Below, in pieces: positions 56,001 through 64,000 of a DNA stretch of 64,000 bases. Location of the stretch: contig JAHLWZ010000197.1 of the NCBI GenBank assembly GCA_020536535.1, forward strand, positions 62,001 to 126,000, in the 5' to 3' direction. The DNA comes from Pelomyxa schiedti (taxonomy: Eukaryota > Protista > Evosea). A program made the position numbers and the translations under genes. The notes beneath the pieces are model-generated. The model was not told the origin of the DNA, did no database searches, and worked only from the letters and a program-made list of their open reading frames with translations. The stretch's first letter is position 1; each line of letters starts with the position of its first letter.

Positions 56001-59000
56001 CTGCTGAGTGGTACATTGACATCAGAGGTGACAGGTCCGATGTGAACTCTTCCTTTTTGCTCAAGCCAATCCCGCACAACGTGCAGGTGGTGGAGCTGCT
56101 CTTTGACCTCCAGGAACTGACAGTAAACCTGTCCCATGTCCGGCAAATTCACATTAGGGAACAGTGCCTTGCCTATCTCAACAAGTTGAGCATATTGTGT
56201 GCTCTCCCCTGTGGGTTCCTTTTTCGATGACATTCCTGTTTGTGCGATGTGGTGATGTGATTGCTGATCACGCACTGGTGGTCCTGCAGATGTTTTGCTT
56301 GGTGTGTTGGGGGTGTTGCTTTGTGTAGCTATCGTAGGTCTACACCATTGTGAGAGGAAAGGAATTTGATGGTACCAAAAAGAGTACACATACAACTGTT
56401 GTTCTCCAGCAAAAGCTTTTACCTCCTGCAGGGTCACTAGTTTGTTGAAGATTCTGTCAACTTGTTCTTTGATGGTCTCACACAACTTGGTTTTTTTTTT
56501 AGAAGGTGGTTGTAAGATTCAGAGGTCTCACCTGTTGGCAGCCTTGTTCATAGTTTCCAAAAAAAGGGTGTTCTAAGTTCAAGTCCTTGCATTGGAACAA
56601 GGACAGAACAGATGGAGTGAGCTTCATGACTTCATCAACTGCCATCATGCACCTTGGGCACACACTTTCCATCAGAACTGCAATGACAATTGAACTCTCT
56701 CTCTCTTGTTTTGAGAAGCTGGAGAGGTGCAGTTTGAGCCATTCTCCGAGGGTGCAAAGCTGTGTGGAGATTGGTTTCTCTGGAGGGGTTTTGATGCTGA
56801 CAAGAAGAGAGGCTGCAGAAAAAGAAGAATGAGGCCAAAAGAACTCTAAAAATGAGATTGCAATACCAAAAGTCTTGAGCATGAGAAGGAACAGTGGTGA
56901 CTGTATTTGGTCAAGCTTTTCTGCTTCACACTGCAACAACCACCTCACGGTGCTGGGAAATTGCTGTATCAATGGTTTCACATCAACCTTGTTTGTTTAT
57001 TCTTGAGACAAAAAAAAGGGAAGGAAAGGGGGTTCACAAACATCTTTCATGATGTCTCTCAATAAGCCTACATCATGGTCATCCTCAAAAGAAAAGAGAG
57101 TCGAGTATTCAGGGCAGTAAAGTGAAATCCGAATGAATGGAACGATGTTTCTGTTCGCTTCGTCATGGTTTGACTGATACGAGAAATAAGAAGAGAGAGT
57201 TGAGTACAAACATGAAACAGGACTTGAAAGATTTTCGGAACACATCATTCAATGGGAGGAATTTGAGCCTCGGATCGTCAGACTCTGGGTTGAAGTTGTA
57301 TCGAGAAACCAGTTTTTGTGCATATTTGTCCAACACACAACCAATTTGAAGTGGTTCCCACACAACTGCATTGTTCACCAATACACTTCGGAGAAATTCG
57401 AGTTCAAGGAACTTGATGGGAATCCTGTCACCAACACTGTCAAAGAAGAGAAAGAAACAATGAGATGAGAATACTGTTGGAACACAATGTATGAAGAAGG
57501 TGGTGACGATTGAAGGAAATGAGTCACTGATGAACCAAAGAACTTGGAAGTGTTTATTAAAGTGGATTCGACAGCCTCAAGTCCGTACTGGAGTGTTCTC
57601 TGAAGAATCATGATGTGAGATGAGTGAAGGAAAGAAAGCAGAGAGATACAGAGAAATAAGCAAACCTCCAAGAAAGGAGCAGTGAGAGACTGCCTCTGTC
57701 CTCTGCATAAAGAAATGAGGAAGAAAAAGCCAATTCAGGAAGGCACAAACAGATCTTCCAGGCCAGTAGTAGCCAATGCAATCCACTCCAACCAATACCA
57801 CCACTGTCCCATCCTCTGTGCATTGCCAGTCTCTCCTTGTCTCAGAGAAGGGCATGTGAGGTTGAGCAAATCATGGTAACACTTGCTGAGTTCCTGAAAA
57901 AATAGCCGCGATTGTATGAGTGAGAAATGAGGAGATAAAAAAGAATTGCGGAGGAAGGAGACCAACCCGAATTACATCAGTGTTCCCTTTGGGAATGGAA
58001 AAGCCACCAGGACAAATCCAATAACTGTTTTGCACAACAATATCACATGTTGCCTCTGCACTTTCCCGGTCAGCACCTCTGAGTTCCCTCTCAAAGAGCT
58101 TGACAGCACCTTGCAACACACTCAGTGACACCATTGGTGACATCTTCAATGAGAGTTGCTTGTAAAGAACTGGTGGTCTGAACAGGTGAGAGAAGGTTCC
58201 ACAAACAAATTGGAAAAAACACACTTGTTGAAAAAATCAACAATAAGACTGGGAGAACTTCGTGGGAAGAACTGTTCTTGAACAAAATTGTTCCATGCAT
58301 AAACATAAAGGAGCTGGTTTTCAAAAATAAACCATAAATAAAGGCAGTGTTTAAAAAAAAAAAACCTGATGGTCATTTTGAATCCCTTTGATGAAGTTCA
58401 GTGTCAAGTGCAAAATTTGAAGTTGAAGTTCATATTTGGGCTATTTGTTCAGCTGGCAAGTGAGCAGTCAAAAAAAAAAAATTTAGAATGATACAGTCAG
58501 ATATGTGCTTTGCAGAATAGCCACATTTGAACACCTGCAACCTAAAAGCTGCACAAGCAAGTCAAACAGAGAAGAATCTTCTTGTTGCAGCCCTCTCAAT
58601 GCCTGTGGCAAGGTGTTAAAGAAAACCAAGAAAAACAACAGGAAAATAGACAGTTAAGATGACGTCATCTTTTTCAGCCACCATTGTTTCGTCAGGTGAT
58701 GGTGAATGAAAAATGGAATCAAGGACTTCACTTGCAGCTTCAATCAGAAAATTGAGAGCCTCCTCCCTCTTCTGCAGAGTTTTCTCGAAAGAAAGCTCCC
58801 TGTGGAAAGTATAAACACAGAAGGAAGCTGTCTTGTTGTGGGGCATTGTCTTCAAAAACAAAAATGCAATTACAGCAGCCACGCAACTCGAGGAGCCTCA
58901 GGAGCATGTAAATGAAAAACGGAGCGTTGTCAAATAAGTAACTTCCATATCTGGAGCCGTGTCCCAACAGAGTAATCAAATACCTCACCGCGGTCAACAA

Positions 59001-59300
59001 CCCCCCGATGATCCACGACACGTGCTCTCCGAATTGTGGGTTGGTCTTGCTCTTGTTCCACTCGTCAAACTCGTTGAGCAGCGTGATCACCTGCCGGGTG
59101 AAATTCTTGTCCGGAAGTGGTGAGTGCAAGGGCGACGGCAAGTTGGGCTCTTCCGGTGGCAATGACGCGATGTAGTTGCCTATCCCGTCCTTTATCGCCA
59201 CCCCAAGTAGCGCATTCAGTTGCGCTGCGGCGTCGTCGGGCCCGGTCGTTGATCCTTTGGGACGACCCATCAGACGGCCGAGAAACGGGATGTAATCCAT
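53039..59300 (-). CDS. Chimeric gene copy 3: RNF213-like N-terminal module + coiled coil + kinase
   Basis: It starts MDYIPFLGRLMGRPKGSTTGPDDAAAQL, very close to the giant gene's start. The junction intron is 55142-55182 (GC-AG), followed by a 689-aa terminal kinase ORF. Confidence 0.88.
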
Positions 59301-59677
59301 GCTCTGGTTTGGCGAGGTGACTTCGTGTAGCTGTAGTTCTAATCACTGATGTATTTCTGGGAAAACTAGGAGTAGATTCTCCTAGTTTAGTGCCCGCGCA
59401 AGGCGGGAACAACATTGTAGTTGCTCAAGCAACCAAGTAGTCAACAATATACTTGTTTGTATTCGGGCTTCTTTCTCCCTTACACAAGTAAAACAACAAC
59501 CATCAACCCCAGCACACTCACAGGGGAGCTGTGTGCTTTGTTAGCCAGTGGAACATTTTGCTGAAGACAGCTTAGGGTTTTCCATGCCGCAAAGCTGATG
59601 CCATCTGGTCCTGGGGCTGATTTGGATTTGAAGGAGAGAGCATATCTGGATCAGTGGGCGGTGATTTTTTTCCCTAT

Positions 59678-59749
59678 CAAAAAGTGTATCATCACCGCCC
59701 AAAATCACCGCCCGGGCGGTGATTTTGGGCGGTGATGATGCACTTTTTG
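59678..59749. repeat. Near-perfect 72-bp palindrome built from GGGCGGTGAT units
   Basis: caaaaagtgtatcatcaccgcccaaaatcaccgccc|gggcggtgattttgggcggtgatgatgcactttttg has 36-bp arms, no loop and one mismatch. Another gggcggtgattttt unit sits at ~59656. Confidence 0.92.
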
Positions 59750-59760
59750 CAGTCAAATCT

Positions 59761-59860
59761 NNNNNNNNNNNNNNNNNNNNNNNNNNNNNNNNNNNNNNNN
59801 NNNNNNNNNNNNNNNNNNNNNNNNNNNNNNNNNNNNNNNNNNNNNNNNNNNNNNNNNNNN
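59761..59860. other. Assembly gap (100 N placeholder)
   Basis: Run of 100 N. Confidence 1.
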
Positions 59861-62800
59861 TGATGACCTGTTTCGGGAGTATCAGAAGTGCACTGCAAGT
59901 GAGGAGTGCCTCACGTGAATTGGGGCGTCGGGTGCACTCGCGCTCAAGGAGCCACCCAACAAGCCCGGAGACCAAAGCGGGCGAGATTGTGGGATCGGTG
60001 TGGGTGTCATGTGTGAGGGAGGAGCAGTCTGGGACGACGGGAGGGAGTGTGGTGTCTCGGATAAGGTTGTTGTTCACCTGGTTCTCATTGGTGAATGGAT
60101 GCCGGCCGGAAACGACCTCGTAGAGAACACACCCGACAGCCCACACATCGTTCTTGAGAAGTGGGAATTCTCGTTCTGCTTGTATCACTTCAGGTGACCG
60201 GTTTTCAGCATTCCCAGTGAATGTTTCACCCTTGGGCAAAACCAGAGGGTTCCCGTCTTCGCAGAACACGGCAGTTCCGAGGTCGCATAGAGCCCAGATG
60301 TTTCCTTTGATGTGTGGCCTCTCCATCAGGAGGATGTTGTCGGGCTTGATGTCACAGTGGAACCACCCTCGTGTGTTGAGGTGATCAACTGCACACAGCA
60401 CGCAGAACGCAAGCTGGAGCACATCCTTTGATTGACAAAGTGGATGATGCTGGTTCTGGGGAGACATGGACTGCAGTTGCTGTGATGTTGGGACAGTGGG
60501 CAACACTTCTTCAGTTTGTTGCTCGATGCTGGCGATTCTTGAAGAAATGAGGGACTCCAATGTACACTTTCCCAGTTCCATTGTCATGAAAGTCGTTCGT
60601 TGGTAAACTGCAATGGCTCTTCGACTGTCGCGGCACCCTGAGACCCAATTGCGGTTCGAATCCACAATTGTGTAGTTACCTCTCAAAGACTCCTCAATCA
60701 GAGTGATTAAAGAGTCACCACGGAAATGGTTGAATACATTTGTGAAGCACCAATGTGGGTTTATCACCGAGACTTCGTATTCTCTTTCAAACTCTGTCCT
60801 CAGTTGGAGGGTCCTTGTGCCAGCACTGTAATTGAACATCATCTTCAACGCCACCTCTGTCGGAGCACTGTGGGCTCCACTACTACGCAGCCACTTGGGA
60901 AGAACAACAGGAACTTTGCACACAGTCCCAAATGAGCCGTTGGCAATAAAGGTTGCTCTTGTCAGGTCAAGTTCGTTCAGTTCCGCAAGTGCCATCACTC
61001 CTTTCTGGAACCCACAGATAGCTACTTCCAGGTTATGTGCATCTATGGTGTAGGTATGTTCTAGTGCCCTCATTTCCATGATGAGAGATTCATTCCTTGC
61101 AGTGTTAAACTCAGATTCTTGTTGCTGCAGTGGACTGTGCATCTTCTCAAGTGCCTTTCTTTGCTGTTGTAGAGAAATTTCTTTTTCCAATTCAGTTGCT
61201 TTCTTTTGTTGCTCAAGTGCATTATGCTTCTCGGTTGTAAGCATAAGCTCCTGTTTCCTAAGAGCCCCTTGCAGTTCCGCTTCGAGTTCACTTCTTTGTT
61301 GATGCAAAGCCTTTTCTTTTTCCACTTCAAGTGCGATTTTTTGTTTTTCAAGAGCGTCGCGCTTCTCAGTGTTAAGCAGCACTGACAATTGTGTGAGTGC
61401 ACACTCCTTTTCACGGTTGTGGTTGGCAGCCTGCTCATCAAGAGCGTTACACAAAGTTTTTTGCTGTCGAAGCTTGTCAGAAAATGCAACACGGTTTTGC
61501 TCCCCCATAAGCGGGAGTAAATGGGACAGAATGTCCTCAAGCTAAAATGGTGAGAAATTGTTGTTTTACAGCTGACCTGCCTGTTTCTTTACTTTGGAAA
61601 AGTGTAGTGGACACATTTTCAGTGAAACTTGAGAGGTGGTCAGGGAGTGATGCAAATCTGCCAAGTCCTTGGCTGTTTCACTACATAACTCGAATTGCTT
61701 GCAACAGTAGACAGCAGGAGGAATGAAATCCAAGTATTGAAAAAGAGTGAGGCCTTCTTGGAGGAAATGCTCCAAGTCAAATGACGATTCGTCACCCAAC
61801 TCGAAAAAGTACTGAGTTCTATAGTGTTCATTAGGGTAAATGTTTTGCTGCTTACGTGGGGTCAGATGTTGTGCAATACATCAAGCACACACATAATTAG
61901 GAATTCGGCAGCGATTCCTCGGTTCTCTGCTGCTTTTTGTATGTCTCTTATCTGTGTTGGAACGTTAACTGATGACCACTCATTGAGGCTTATTTGTCAA
62001 ATCACAACCTGGCTGAGCCTTAGGTTACCAGTCTGAAGTTGCTTCAAATCAGCTGTAACTGCAGATAGAATTTCTTCAAGGGAATCTGGGGGCACTTCCT
62101 TATTTCCCTGAAAGATACAAATGTGCAACCCTTAAAAACAGGAAGGAAATTATACATAGTTCTTTCTCGCGAAGTCTGTGAACAAAAACTCAAAGAAAGC
62201 ACTGTCGTTCACCAAGAAGTATTTCAACTGTTTTTTGTGGAAATTTTGCGAGCTGGGACAAACAACGCGAAACGAATGGGGAAAATACAGCATTTAATGG
62301 CTGGTCACGCAATGGAATTGCCTGGCAAAGCTCAATGCAACACTGTTCAAGGTCACATAATGTTTCGCTCTGGTTTTTTAAAATATCGTCGCATATGAGA
62401 TGAGAGGAACTAGTGCCGAGCGGTACATTGACATCGGCGGTGACGGGGCCGAGGTGAACTCTTCCTTTTTGTTCAAGCCAATCCCGCACAATGCGCAGGT
62501 GGTGGAGCTGCTCTTTGAACTTCAGGAACTGACAGTAAACCTGTCCCATGTCCGGCAAATTCACATGTGGGAACAGTTCCTTGCATATCTCAACAAGTTG
62601 ATCATATTGTGTGCGTTCCATTTTCGATGGCCTTCCTGTTTGTGCGATGTGGTGATGTGATTGTTGTCCGCTCTGATAACGCACTGGTGCTCCAGTAGAT
62701 GTTTTGCTTGGTGTGTTGGGGGTGTCGCTTTGTATAGGTCTATCATCGTAAGAGGAAAGGAATTGAAGGTACCAAAGAGAGTACACATACAGCTGTTGTT

Positions 62801-64000
62801 CACCAGCAAAAGCTTTTACCTCCTGTAGGGTCACTCGTTTGTTGCAGATTCTGTCAACTTGTTCTTGGATGGTGTCATAAAACTGAACTTTACAGTGAGT
62901 TGTTTGTTGGGTTTAGTGTGGAGTGATCTCACCTCTTGGCACCCTGTCTCATAGTTTTTGAAAAAAGGGTGTTCTAGGTTCAAGTCTTTGAGTTGAAACA
63001 AGGACAGAACAGATGGAGTGAGCTTCATGACTTCATCAACCACCATCATGCACCTTGGGCAAACACTTTCCATCAAAACTGCAATGACAATCGAACTCTC
63101 TCTCTCCTTTTTTGAGAGGCGGGAGAGGTGTGGTTTGACCCAGTCTCCAAGTGCACAAAGCTGTGCTGATATTGATTTCCCTGGTGGTGTTTCGATGCTG
63201 TTCGAGAATATAAGTATGCCCACACAACGTGTGGTCAACATGAAGAAACAAGAGCATATTGTGTTGAGGAAAAGAAAAAATAGAGATGCAATACTTGACA
63301 AGAAGAGAGGCTGGAGAAAGAAGAAAAAGAAAAGTGAGGGAAAAAGAATTGAACAAATGATGATGAGATACCAAAAGTCTTGAGCATGAGAAGGAACAGT
63401 GGTGACTGACTTTGATCGAGTTTTTCCATTTCAAGCTGGAACAATGACCTCACGGTGTTGGTAAATTGCCGTGACAGTGGTTTCACATCAACCTGGTTTC
63501 CTTGAGATAAAAAGAAAAAAAAACAGTGGGAAGAGGAAGGGTCAACTCACATCTTTCATTATATCTTTCAATACTGCAATGTCACGATCATCCTCAAACG
63601 AAAACAGGTTTGAGTATTCAGGGCAGTAAAGTGAAACCCGGATGAATGGAACAATGTTTCTGTGTGTATTGCATTGATAAATAGAAAGAAATGAGGGGGT
63701 CAGTGCCACACTCACATGAAACTGCACCTGAATGACTTGTAGAGCAAGTCACGCAATGGGAGGAATTTAACTCTGGGATCACCAGACTGTGGATCGAAGT
63801 TGTGTCGGGAAACAAGTATTTGGGCATATTTGTCCAACACCCAACCAATTTGAAGTGGTTCCCACGCATTTGCATGCCTCTCCAAGACGCTTCGGAGAAT
63901 TTGGAGTTCAAGGAACTTGATTGGGATCCTGTCACCATTATAAGAGTGGAGAAACCAAGAAAGGGGAGGAGAATACTGCTTCAGCTCTGCAAACGTGCAA
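59861..64000 (-). CDS. Chimeric gene copy 4 (5' part beyond window; 3' end lost in assembly gap)
   Basis: The kinase exon is nearly identical to copy 3 up to the N-gap. The junction intron is 61542-61580 (GC-AG). Upstream exons are paralogous to the shared module and continue off the window end. Confidence 0.85.

Noticed and set aside
59541-59760. ORF-track C-terminus of the 655-aa kinase (DLTAKSASS...CSTG)
   Set aside because: It is translated through the N-gap, is not homologous to the tails of copies 1-3, and overlaps the palindrome. It is an artefact.

Overview
This is gene-dense, intron-rich eukaryotic DNA with many short (~40-130 bp) GT-AG introns. The gene style suggests an amoebozoan protist such as a Pelomyxa-like archamoeba, but that is inference. 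The left third holds housekeeping and metabolic genes: cytosolic HSP90 (5'-truncated by the window edge), a DymA/Drp1-type dynamin, a CpG-depleted repeat relic, a MINPP1-type histidine phosphatase, several hypothetical genes, a bacterial-like nitroreductase and a bacterial-like M3A peptidyl-dipeptidase. The centre holds an ~18 kb minus-strand gene encoding a giant RNF213/mysterin-like multi-AAA+ protein. Three small genes follow (CCHC zinc-knuckle, PLAC8, Rad60/Esc2-like SUMO-domain protein), then a tandem array of at least four minus-strand genes. Each array gene copies the multi-exon N-terminal module of the RNF213-like gene. At a shared phase-0 intron it then switches to an intronless coiled-coil plus non-RD kinase exon with PINK1-like motifs. 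This 'shared N-terminal module, swappable effector (AAA+ giant vs kinase)' locus shows mosaic sequence exchange among members. It is the most striking system in the window and may be a protist cell-autonomous immunity or ubiquitin-signalling locus. Exon boundaries were read by eye and are approximate unless stated.
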